Source of the DNA: Eledone cirrhosa
Taxonomy: Eukaryota
Reading direction: 5' to 3'
DNA: 64,000 bases
Assembly (NCBI GenBank): GCA_964016885.1
Contig: OZ024746.1
Span: 1,798,001-1,862,000, forward strand
How positions within the stretch are numbered: the first letter of the stretch is position 1; every line of letters starts with the position of its first letter. The notes beneath the pieces were generated by a model that had not been told where the DNA came from, did not search any database, and saw nothing but the letters and a program-made list of their open reading frames with translations. The position numbers were made by a program, and so were the translations under genes. Shown in pieces: positions 41,352 through 52,372 of this stretch.

Positions 41352-42538
41352 CCTTGTTGTTTAACCCCATGTCAGACTTGATCAAGCAGGCCTATGATCT
41401 ATTTGTTGTTTAACCCCATGTCAGACTTGATCAAGCAGGCCTATGATCTCCTTGTTGTTTAACCCCATGTCAGACTTGATCAAGCAGGCCTATGATCTAT
41501 TTGTTGTTTAACCCCATGTCAGACTTGATCAAGCAGGCCTATGATCTCCTTGTTGTTTAACCCCATGTCAGACTTGATCAAGTAAGTCTATGATCTCCTT
41601 CTTGTTGTTTAACCCCATGTCAGACTTGATCAAGCAGGCCTATGATCTCCTTCTTGTTTAACCCCATGTCAGACTTGATCAAGTAAGTCTATGATCTCCT
41701 TCTTGTTGTTTAACCCCATGTCAGACTTGATCAAGTAAGTCTATGATCTCCTTCTTCTTGTTTAACCCCATGTCAGACTTGATCAAGTAAGTCTATGATC
41801 TCCTTCTTGTTGTTTAACCCCATGTCAGACTTGATCAAGTAAGTCTATGATCTCCTTGTTGTTGTTTAACCCCATGTCAGACTTGATCAAGAAGGCCTAT
41901 GATCTATTTGTTGTTTAACCCCATGTCAGACTTGATCAAGCAGGCCTATGATCTATTTGTTGTTTAACCCCATGTCAGACTTGATCAAGCAGGCCTATGA
42001 TCTCCTTGTTGTTTAACCCCATGTCAGACTTGATCAAGTAAGTCTATGATCTCCTTCTTGTTGTTTAACCCCATGTCAGACTTGATCAAGCAGGCCTATG
42101 ATCTATTTGTTGTTTAACCCCATGTCAGACTTGATCAAGTAAGTCTATGATCTCCTTCTTGTTGTTTAACCCCATGTCAGACTTGATCAAGAAGGCCTAT
42201 GATCTATTTGTTGTTTAACCCCATGTCAGACTTGATCAAGCAGGCCTATGATCTCCTTGTTGTTTAACCCCATGTCAGACTTGATCAAGCAGGCCTATGA
42301 TCTCCTTGTTGTTGTTTAACCCCATGTCAGACTTGATCAAGTAAGTCTATGATCTCCTTGTTGTTTAACCACATGTCAGACTTGATCAAATAAGTCTATG
42401 ATCTCCTTGTTGTTGTTTAACCCCATGTCAGACTTGATCAAGTAAGTCTATGATCTCCTTGTTGTTGTTTAACCCCATGTCAGACTTGATCAAGTAAGTC
42501 TATGATCTCCTTGTTGTTGTTTAACCACATGTCAGACT
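41352..42538. repeat. ~49-bp minisatellite, ~24 copies
   Basis: Unit TTGTTGTTTAACCCCATGTCAGACTTGATCAAG(CAGGC/TAAGT)CTATGATCT(CC/AT). Confidence 0.97.
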
Positions 42539-43289
42539 TACATTACTATATCCCTCTATATTTTTTTTTTATTATTTTCAAAATTATTTGAAACAGTTAG
42601 TATTGTCCTTTATAAGAAATATGCTAATGAAAGGGTAACAAAAAATGGTACGACACACATTGGATAATATAGTTTAGACATACTGAATTTGAAACAAAAA
42701 TAGACAAGACAGGACAGTAGTAGCCTGAACATGTTTGATCATAAGTCTGTTTAATCAGCGCTGACCTGGAACTAAATAACAACTACAACCTCCATGATAC
42801 ATTTTACACTCTATCACCTCCTTTCTCTCAGACACAATAATCAAATCCACTTTACTCATCAATCTTCAACTACATAGGAACAGAGACATTGGAAGTACCT
42901 CTATGTGTTCACTCAAACTGCTAAAAATAGCAGTTAAATCTACTTCAAATCAGCCTGCCTTCTAAAAGGAGAATGGAAGAATGTATTTAATATACATACT
43001 ATATTTGAAAAAGATGGTCGTGGTTGGAAGGCCTTTGGTCAAGGCCTGCTCAAGTAAAATCAGCTTGGGATTTAAACAATAAGAATCATATACCATTGCA
43101 TATTAAATGGTTGCTTATACCTTTGGTCATAGGCCTGCTTAATGAGAGCTAACCTGTGGTTAAACAATAACAAGTCAACAAGGGAACTTCTACATGTTTA
43201 CTCGACATGCTAGAAATAGCAGCTGGATTTCCCACAAATTACACCCAAGTTTGCATCCCATTGATTGTCGTATTCCAACAGACCTCTTC

Positions 43290-43626
43290 CCTACCCTTAC
43301 ACATATATAAACCTACACATACACATATATATACCTACACATACACATATATATACCTACACATACACATATATATACCTACACATACACATATATATAC
43401 CTACACATACACATATATATACCTACACATACACATATATATACCTACACATACACATATATATACCTACACATACACATATATATACCTACCCTTACAC
43501 ATATATATACCTACCCTTACACATATATATACCTACCCTTACACATATATATACCTACACATACACATATATATACCTACACATACACATATACCTACAC
43601 ATACACATATATATACCTACACATAC
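43290..43626. repeat. 22-bp minisatellite
   Basis: Unit ACCTACACATACACATATATAT. Confidence 0.93.
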
Positions 43627-44127
43627 TCACAAGCTGCTGGCCAAATATTTTTTGATATCAATGAGTTAAAGACATACATAAAAACAATTAGTGGTCAGTT
43701 CTTCAGTCTAAAGTGTGGGCATGGTGTGGTGTGTGGTGGCCGGAAGCTGGGGAGTGCTCGACCGGAAGAGTGCTTGACCAGAAGGGTGCTTGGCCGGAAG
43801 GGTGCTTGGCCGGAAGGGTGCTCGACCGGAAGGGCTAGCAGATCGGCCTCTCCCTAGTGGTGACCAGGAACGGTGTGGACGCGAGTTTAGCAGCTCCCGG
43901 CTGTTAATGAGTTGGACGCACGTGGAAGAGGAGAAACCAGCCATGGGATTTAGCGGCGCCTATGAAAAGCGGTAAGTGGAATAGCTCTTTCTAACCACAA
44001 GCTATTTCGGCACTGGAAACTGAGATCTGATTGAAAAAAAAAACAACTTTCTCGAAAACAAAGCCACTGGAAAAACAGAGAGGAGTCTGTTGTTTATTTT
44101 ATTACGTACTGCAAGACAAATTAAGAT

Positions 44128-44856
44128 ATGGTGATGAGACTACGAACGAGCGAAGCGATTAGGGCATTTACCGGTGAAGGCGATGTTGTCGCGTGGCTGC
44201 AAAAAGTCCGGCTGGTTGCAAGCTTACAGAAGATAGATGTGGCTGGCCTCATGGCACTGTACCTTGAGGGGGACACGTTGGTACTCTTCCTTGAGTTGGA
44301 TGAACACAGCCAAAGGGATGCACAAAAGATGGAAGCGTTCGCTGAGGGAGTGTTAGCCGCTTTTGCTGAGCTGGCACGAATTAGATGGAATTGTGAACGC
44401 GTTGACATTTTCACAGCGGAAATACGGCGATTGGCCATGTTGGCTGGATATCAGGTGGAATGCAAACGCATGGTGCGGTTGTCGTTCATAAATGGATTTC
44501 CAGACGACATAGCGGTGAAACTGCAGCAAGTCCCAGGTTACAAAGAAATGGAGATGTGTTCACTGGTGGAGCAAGCCCGTATCATAGCAGAAGATGCCAA
44601 GAAGAGTGTCACAGCGATAGCAACTACAGAGGCTCAAGACAGCTGGCAGCGAAATGGTGAAAGGGAGGCAACCACGGCACGCGGTCGCCCGCGAACGTTT
44701 AGAGGTCGCTGTTTTAGGTGCCAGGGCCCGCACATGGCGAGAGACTGTAGAGAATCAAGGCCGGAAATAATATGCTACCGGTGTAAGCGACCAGGCCACA
44801 TCGCTACTAGCTGCGACCAGGGAACTACTGTGCCAGTAGTTGCCCCTTACGAGTAG
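44128..44856 (+). CDS. gag: Gypsy Gag with two zinc knuckles
   Basis: CFRCQGPHMARDC and CYRCKRPGHIATSC; ORF is open, but the element is defective. Confidence 0.85.
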   Translation: MVMRLRTSEAIRAFTGEGDVVAWLQKVRLVASLQKIDVAGLMALYLEGDTLVLFLELDEHSQRDAQKMEAFAEGVLAAFAELARIRWNCERVDIFTAEIRRLAMLAGYQVECKRMVRLSFINGFPDDIAVKLQQVPGYKEMEMCSLVEQARIIAEDAKKSVTAIATTEAQDSWQRNGEREATTARGRPRTFRGRCFRCQGPHMARDCRESRPEIICYRCKRPGHIATSCDQGTTVPVVAPYE

Positions 44857-44867
44857 AGGCGCTGCCC

Positions 44868-46620
44868 GTGGTGGAAGTCTTCGTGAGGGGAAAGCCACAG
44901 CGAGCCCTCATGGACACGGGCTGTATGACTACACTGGTGACCACTGAGGTGGCGCAGAGGTGGAGAGGGAAGAACAGCGTAAGGGCAGTCGACTGCAGAA
45001 AAATTGAATGCCGCGGTCGCAGCAAGGTGGAGATGGCAGTACGGGGAAGGAAAATAAAGCTTTCTGCCATCGTAGTTGACAACGTGGTGAATGGGATCGG
45101 CGTGGTTATGGGCATGGACGCAATTGGCCGCCTAGGAGGCATCACAGTGAACAACGTCGGTGTGTCGTTTGGCGGCGCTGCATCAGTATGCGCTGTGAGT
45201 ACGCGACAGGAGAACCAGAAGGCCCACGAGGAGAAATATCCCGCTTACACTGTGCAGAACAAAGACTTCAAGGCTGTGTTCGATGGGCAGTGATGGGTTG
45301 TTGAGTGGTACTGGAAGGGAGAACCACCAACACTGAAGACCAAAGTGGGCTGCTATCAACACACATTGAAGGGAGACATTAGGAGCGAGTTCGAGCGAGA
45401 GGTAGAGAGATGGATTGAGGAGGACATACTGCTTCCCTGGAAAGAGGAGGTGAAGTGCGGAGTATTGCCGTTAATGGCGGTGGCGCAACCCACGAAGAAC
45501 AAGGTGAGGCCGGTACTGAACCTTCGGGAGCTGAACGAGCACGTGTCATGCCACACGGGTGGCGAGGTCACGGATGTCTGTGGGGAAAGCCTGTGTGAGT
45601 GGAGACGCATGACGGGGGGGTTCCGCAATCGTAGATCTAAAGTCGGCATACTTGCAATTGCATATAGTATCAGCTGGTCAGGTATAAGGGCTGGACATAT
45701 TGCCTGACCAGGCTCGGTTTCGGGCTGAGCTCCGCACCGAAGATCATGGTGGCGGTCTTCAAGACCATTCTGGGAAAGGCCGACAAGATGAAGAGGGCTA
45801 CTAACTCCTACATTGATGACATCCTAGTGGACGAGTCTGTAGTGTCGGCGGCGAAGGCCACGAGCCATTTACAGGGGTATGGACTGGCTGCAAAGCCATC
45901 AGAAGCGTTGGAGGGAGGAGCCGCGCTGGGACTTAGGCTACGTCCGATATCAGTCCATTGATCCTGCCCCGGGTGTGCACGAAACAGGAAGCCTCCCAGT
46001 GGATCGCAACTGGAAGCGATTGGCGGTGGATGTAACGCACTACCGACAGGGAACATACCTCTCGATGGTCGACTGTGGCGATATGGAGGGAGATGAAGAC
46101 TGGAACGGCCGAGGAAATCATGCGGACGTTGAGAGAGGTGTTCTTGGAACGGGGCCCTGTGGACGAACTGCTGATGGACAACAGCGCAGCGTTCCGCTCG
46201 GAGGCGCTGAGGGAGATGCTCAATGGATGGAAGGTGGACCGTTTCTTCAGAGCAGCGCACAGGCTGAGCGGAAATGGAATTGTGGAGCTACACCACCAAA
46301 CGATCAAGGCAATGGCGGAGTGGGGCCATATCTCACCAATGGAGACAGTGTTCTGGTACAACATGTCCCCTCGGGTGGGACAGGTTGAGGAATCGGTGCC
46401 GCACAGAGCAGTATTCAGATACAAGTGGCGGCACCCGTGAATGCCACCACAACGGCCAGTGGGGAGAGAGAATGCATTCGTGCAGGTGAGCGAAGAAGTC
46501 TGGGTTAAGCCCCCAGATGCACGTTGCACATCTCAATGGGGAAGGGGAACGGTGACGGCCATAAATTCCCAGAACAATGTGTACCACGTCATATCCTGGA
46601 TGTCCGTAGAATTACTGTGT
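44868..46620 (+). pseudogene. pol: Gypsy pol: protease, partial RT, integrase; broken by stops, frameshifts and a deletion
   Basis: Protease ALMDTGC; RT KVRPVL.LRELN, FGLSSAP, SYIDDILV; integrase W.RLAVDVTH, LLMDNSAAF, GNGIVE.HHQTIK. No RNase H visible. Confidence 0.9.
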
Positions 46621-46905
46621 CAACGGACTCCGAGGAAGAGGAAACCCAAAGTGCCGCCCCAACACTGCGGAGATCGGAAAGAAGTCGCAAACCACCAACC
46701 TGGACAGCAGACTTTCATATGCAGAAGGATGAGGGGGAAATTGATCCTTGAGATCAGGGGGGCGTGTGGGTATGGTGTGGTGTGCGGTGGCCGGAAGCTG
46801 GGGAGTGCTCGACCGGAAGAGTGCTTGACCGGAAGGGTGCTCGACCGGAAGGGCCAGCAGATCGGCCTCTCCCTCAAACACACATACACAATCAGTATAG
46901 GCTAG

Positions 46906-47091
46906 GAGGATTGGCAGTATTGGTAGAGAGTCGGACGCCATGCTTTGCAGCATAGAGTTACGGCCCTTTATGATCTGAGGTCAAATCCCACTGAGGTTAA
47001 CTTTGCCTTTCATCCTTACGGGGTCGATAAAATAAAGTACCAGTAATGTACTGAGTAATTGCTGGCCTTGTGCCAAAGGTAGAAACAATTA
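46906..47091 (+). mobile_element. Deu/Nin-domain SINE with 13-bp TSD
   Basis: TATAGGCTAGGAG at 46896-46908 and 47090-47102. Confidence 0.9.
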
Positions 47092-47960
47092 TAGGCTAGG
47101 AGACCTAGAAGCCTCAATGAAATGAGACCTGTGAAAAATATACATCACATTCTATAACAGAATTAAGAATATGATAAATAGAAAATTAAAAAAAATGGAA
47201 TGTGTCGAGAGTTTTTTAAATGTTTGAAAGTAAAGCTGTTACACATTCCTAAACATATTCACCGTTTATTCCTAAACATTTTCACTGTATATATAAAAAT
47301 AAAGAAATTATCTTAAAAAAACAGGTGTATTCTTTCATTGACACAATACAAAGCCGAGGGCGTGGGATAGTCTCTATCAATTGTTATGAGAAACGTGAAA
47401 AAATGGCTTCTTTCACTTCCTTCAACTGTATTTATTCAGCTCAAATATTCGCTTTTTTAAACATTTGTTGGGTCCACCCTCACCCAAATAAAACAACTCT
47501 TAATGGACAGTATTATACACTCTCAAGTCTGTCAAGTCAAAGGTTTCTTTCCTATAGTTGAAGTGACTCATTCTAATATTTCACTGACAATAACCAGCTC
47601 CAGTGTTGGAGAGGCAATTGAAAAATGTTTCCTGAATTGAAAAATCTTTTTTTTTTTTAGATGAAATTAATTGTTTCTACTTTTGGCACAAGGCCAGCAA
47701 TTACCCAGTACATTACTGGTGCTTTATTTTAAATAATTATATTTTAACACAATTATGAAATGGTACTAAGAAAGGTCTATGTATACTTTGACAGTTGAAA
47801 TACATATATTGAACCATTTTAAACATCTCAAAACACAAAATGTATTATATTCATAAATATTTTTCGAGAATGGTAAGTAAATTAATAAATATATATAAAT
47901 GAATACTTTTGTTTTTTTTTTATGGTTTTAAGTGGCTACAAAGTCTTTCTATGCAGTTAC

Positions 47961-48190
47961 TTAACCCTTAAGCATTCACATTACTCTATATTTACTTTTG
48001 TATTTTTTGTGGTAATGGATTTACCTCACATAATTATCTTACATAATATTGAATCTATGAAATTTTGATATTATTTATTTTGATAACAATATCTTAACGT
48101 CATTATGAGTGGCCAGTTACAGCTGGTTTGAACAGAAAAAGGTGAGAGAATTCTGGCCAGATATGGCTGCTTTAAATGCTAAAGGGTTCA
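47961..48190. mobile_element. piggyBac-type MITE
   Basis: TTAACCCTTAAGCATT...AATGCTAAAGGGTT inverted ends. Confidence 0.65.
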
Positions 48191-48259
48191 ACATGTACTC
48201 TCAGTTAAAGTCTGTGTATTCAACTATTTTAAATTGTAGACAACTTATGCTATCCCTGT

Positions 48260-48862
48260 TTACTTCCCTACAGAATACCCTATCTAGATATGATCTGGAT
48301 GACCCGATGCAGTTAGTCCATGTACATATTGGCATATTCGGGAAATCTAGCCGGTACCTGTCAGACAGTTGGAAGTGTCAGAGCAGGTTTGCAAGGCTTT
48401 TAAACCCTCTTCCCCTATCCGCTAGTCCAACACCTTCCCAGTGTCATCTAAGATACTGTTCCAGTTGCCCACTAATACTAAAGAACAAGACGTTCCTAGA
48501 AAAGTCTCGCGGCATCTGAAGAAATCAGTTCATCTTGCTCCTGTTGGAGCATAGACAGCAACTGGCCTGAAGGTATGCCGTTCACAGCTGGTCATATCTA
48601 CCACAACTTACCTTCTGGGTCCAGGAAGATAGTCCATATTGCAAAACCCAAAGCCTTTTCAAAACAACACAGCAACTCCACCTCCCGATCCCGAATGGCT
48701 TGGAGATGCGTACACCTCGTAGCTAGCAATAATGGGTGCAAAGGTTTGTGCATCAGAAATTATAATCTCGCTGATGGCCACCACAGCTATGTCCAGTGAT
48801 CCCTGCTTCCAAGAAGACCCCAGGTCACATCCATTTAGACTGCCTATCTTGAGTGAGGCCAT
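48260..48862 (-). pseudogene. L1/Tx1-like ORF2 AP-endonuclease domain remnant
   Basis: MASLKIGSLNG.., AISE, GGGVAVL, AVYAP, LVGNWN, TWTN..SRSYLDRV motifs interrupted by stops and frameshifts. Confidence 0.8.
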
Positions 48863-49129
48863 GTTTGATGAGAAGGAGGAAAAAGTGGGAAGGGCCACTT
48901 AGGTTTTTGGAGGGAGAAGGATGGTTGAACCATCCTTGATTGAGGGCTCTTGAAGGTCTCCAATAGAATCGAGAAATTTTGTTGTTAGGTATGTTTTGTG
49001 TGATTTGTATGTTTATAGGTAGTGGGGTGGGGTGTAAGTAGTTCATTAGTTTTGTGTTGGTTTACATGTAATGTGTGATGTTTGGATCTTTTGGTTGAAT
49101 TTGTTGTTATTGCAGATCTGGGTTTGTTT

Positions 49130-50423
49130 TGTTTGGGATGTTGTTGGTGTTGTGGTGTTGGTGTGGTGGTGGTGTTGTTGTGGTGTTGATGTTGTGGTGT
49201 TGTTGTTGTTGTGGTGTTGGTCTTGATGTTGTGGTGTTGATGTTGTGGTGTTGATGTTGTGGTGTTGGTGTTGTGGTGTTGGTGTTGTGGTGTTGTGGAT
49301 GTTGTGGTGTTGTGGATGTTGTGGTGTTGTGGATGTTGTGGTGTTGTGGTGTTGGTGTTGTGGTGGTGATGTTGGTGTTGTGGCAGTGATGTTGGTGTTC
49401 TGGTGTTGTGGTGTTGGTGTTGTGGTGGTGATGTTGGTGTTGTGGTGGTGATGTTGTGATGTTGGTGTTGTGATGTTGGTGTTGTGATGTTGGTGTTGTG
49501 ATGTTGGTGTTGTGATGTTGGTGTTGTGATGTTGGTGTTGTGGTGGTGATGTTGGTGTTGTGGTGGTGATGTTGGTGTTGTGGTGTTGGTGTTGTGTTGT
49601 GGTGGTGTTGGTGTTGTGGTGTTGGTGTTGTGGTGTTTTTGGTGTGGTGTTGGTGTTGTGGTGTTGTTGGTGTTATGTTGGTGTTGTGGTGTTGATGTTG
49701 TTGTTGTGGTGTTGGTGTTGTGGCGTTGGTGTTGTGGTGTTGTGGTGTTGATGTTGTGGTGTTGTGGTGTTGGTGTTGTGGTGTTGGTGTGTTGGTGTTG
49801 GTGTGTTGGTGTTGTGGTGGTGATGTTGGTGTTGTGGCAGTGATGTTGGTGTTGTGATGTTGGTGTTGGTGTTGTGGTGGTGATGTTGGTGTTGTGGTGG
49901 TGATGTTGGTGTTGTGGTGGTGATGTTGATGTTGTGGTGTTGGTGTTGTGGTGTTGGTGTTGTGATGTTGGTGTTGTGATGTTGGTGTTGTGATGTTGGT
50001 GTTGTGATGTTGGTGTTGTGATGTTGGTGTTGTGATGTTGGTGTTGTGATGTTGGTGTTGTGATGTTGGTGTTGTGGTGTTGGTGTTGTGGTGCTGGTGT
50101 TGTGGTGCTGGTGTTGTGGTGTTGGTGTTGTGGTGTTGATGTTGGTGTTGTAGTGTTGATGTTGGTGTTGTGGTGTTGTGGTGTTGATCTTGGTGTTGTG
50201 GTGTTGATCTTGGTGTTGTGGTGTTGGTGTTGTAGTGTTGGTGTTGTGGTGTTGTTGTTGTGGTGTTGTTGTTGTGGTGTTGTTGTTGTGGTGTTGATGT
50301 TGTGGTGTTGATGTTGTGGTGTTGATGTTGTGGTGTTGATGTTGGTGTTGTGGTGTTGATGTTGGTGTTGGTGTGTTGGTGTTGTGGTGTTGATGTTGTG
50401 GTGTTGGTGTTGTGGTGTTGATG
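49130..50423. repeat. 1.3-kb (GTT/GGT/GAT)n compound microsatellite
   Basis: Trinucleotide-based direct repeat; source of the 483-aa and 441-aa T/H/Q ORFs. Confidence 0.95.
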
Positions 50424-50534
50424 TGGCTTCATACATATGTTTTAAACCAAACTAGAATACACTGTAACAGAAATGTATGCTCTACTTATAAACACAACGC
50501 ACACCCTTACTCCCATACACACCACATAGGAGTT

Positions 50535-50627
50535 GCTACCCCCAACTGAGCCAGGACAGCACTTATTGTCAAAGCTACCCCCAACTGAGCCAGAGCAGCA
50601 CTTATTGTCAAAGCTACCACCAACTGG
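50535..50627. repeat. 39-bp tandem repeat, ~2.4 copies
   Basis: GCTACCCCCAACTGAGCCAG..CAGCACTTATTGTCAAA starting at 50535, 50574 and 50613. Confidence 0.9.
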
Positions 50628-50799
50628 GTCATAAGGCCATAAGTATAGAAAAATAAGAAAAAAATAGATAATTTTACCAGCCTTCTTTTTAACCCTTGTA
50701 AATCTGACTTGACTTAGTAACTTGACACCAGCGACATACCCCCACCACCTAATGCTAACAGGCCGTATCCCCCACCCCTCGTTTGCCTCTCATCGGCTG

Positions 50800-51090
50800 T
50801 ACATCATCATCATCATTGTTTAACGTCTATCTTCCACGCTAGCATGGATTAGAAGGGTTTGTCCCATTTGAGACAGGTGACCATGTCTCACACATATAGG
50901 ATTGTATCTGGCTGGTTTTCTACGGCTGGATGTCTTTCCTAACGCCAACCTCATCTACAGTGGGTGCTGGGGGCTTTTTGTCGTGTCTCCTACATGACCA
51001 GGTTAGAGTGTGGGCGGAAGTGGGAGGGAGGTGTAAGGTGTATGTTGAATTAAGAGATGCCTACTGCGTGTAAGTCTAAGTCCTTGCGCA
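50800..51090 (-). mobile_element. RTE 3' UTR/tail
   Basis: (CAT)n then ...CGGCTGGATGTCTTTCCTAACGCCAACC. Confidence 0.7.
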
Positions 51091-51181
51091 TCATATGCTC
51101 GCTTATACCTGGACTGCCAATATCGTATTCCATACTATGGCGGAAATATCAAAGACAAAGACAAAATAATATTACACCTAA

Positions 51182-51257
51182 ATACCTGCCTGATGACTAC
51201 ACATCAAATAATTGTTACACAACAACTTTGATGTCTTTGAAATATGCTTAACAGTAT
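51182..51257 (+). ncRNA. Degenerate type I hammerhead ribozyme-like motif
   Basis: CTGATGA (51190), stem II ACATCAAA/TTTGATGT with mismatched base, GAAA (51239), TATGCT-TA, partial stem I ATACCTG/CAGTAT. Confidence 0.4.
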
Positions 51258-51310
51258 GATGTAACAAACTGAAGATGTATACGTGATACCGTCTCTCTTC
51301 TTTTTTTTTT

Positions 51311-51585
51311 ATATTGACACTCCGTCTAATAACATATAGGTATAATACCTTAAGGTACTCACGTCGTAGAGTGCTTATGTCTGATTACATTGCAATCGGT
51401 CGATTGCTTGATCAACCAACACTTTTTACTAGAGAGAGAGAGGGGGGAGAGAGAGAGAGTGTGTGTGTTTTTAATATTGACACTCCGTCTAATAACATAT
51501 AGGTATAATACCTTAAGGTACTCATGTCGTAGAGTGCTTGTCTGATTACATTACAATAGGTCGATTGCTTGAACCAACACTTTTT
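51311..51585. repeat. Two ~110-bp direct copies (period 163), each followed by (GA)n
   Basis: ATATTGACACTCCGTCTAATAAC... at 51311 and 51474. Confidence 0.9.
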
Positions 51586-51592
51586 ACGAGAG

Positions 51593-51680
<88 letters not shown>

Positions 51681-52319
51681 GGTAAGTAGATAAATTGATA
51701 GCTGTTTGTTTATATATGAAGCTATGACAAAAGACGGAACAACATACTACATACACATCAATACGCAATACATCAATAAATAATGTATTGAAAACATACA
51801 GAGAAGCTTGTTATTAAAACATAAGAAATTCCAGCAGTGAAATCTCCAAGCCTTACCTGGTCACAAAAGACTCTCCAATGTCCATTAGTCCTGTCGTTGG
51901 ATAATATATAACAAAGAAGACAGGATAAGAACAACGCGGGCGTCCAGTCTCCGTATTTCCGTGAATTTAATGTCATGTATTTCTTCTCTGTGTCCGTCAC
52001 ACTTTGCACAGATGATTGCAGGGTGAATCACACACTCCTTTAACATAGGAGGGAGATATAACATGCATAATCAACTAGGGATGTGTGTCTAGGAAAGACG
52101 CTTCTACTGCCTATGTGATTATGTTGTGCCCGAATGAATGCATGTTTTTTGTTTATAGTACTCATACAATCTGCGTGTCTGTGTGTGCGTGCGTGTACAC
52201 ACATGTATATGTGTGTGTGTGTATTATTGATTTTTATAAACATGCAGATACATTCGTGCGTGCATACATAGACTTAACATACATATATACATACACACAT
52301 ACAAACGTACATAATATAC

Positions 52320-52372
<53 letters not shown>

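Larger units (their letters stand above)
43714..46876 (+). mobile_element. Decayed Ty3/Gypsy LTR retrotransposon
   Basis: LTRs at 43714-43856 and 46765-46876 (3' copy TG...CA), PBS-like TGGTGACC at 43858, purine tract AGGGGGG at 46756, domain order gag-PR-RT-IN. Confidence 0.93.

Noticed and set aside
41352-42538. CRISPR-like appearance (constant block plus variable segment)
   Set aside because: Variable parts are a few recurring alleles, not unique spacers; no cas genes; eukaryotic context. The same applies to 33097-34138 and 59401-59723.
45808-46529. Antisense ORFs over the Gypsy pol region (also 12777 and 13217 over the RTE)
   Set aside because: Shadow ORFs of transposon coding sequence.
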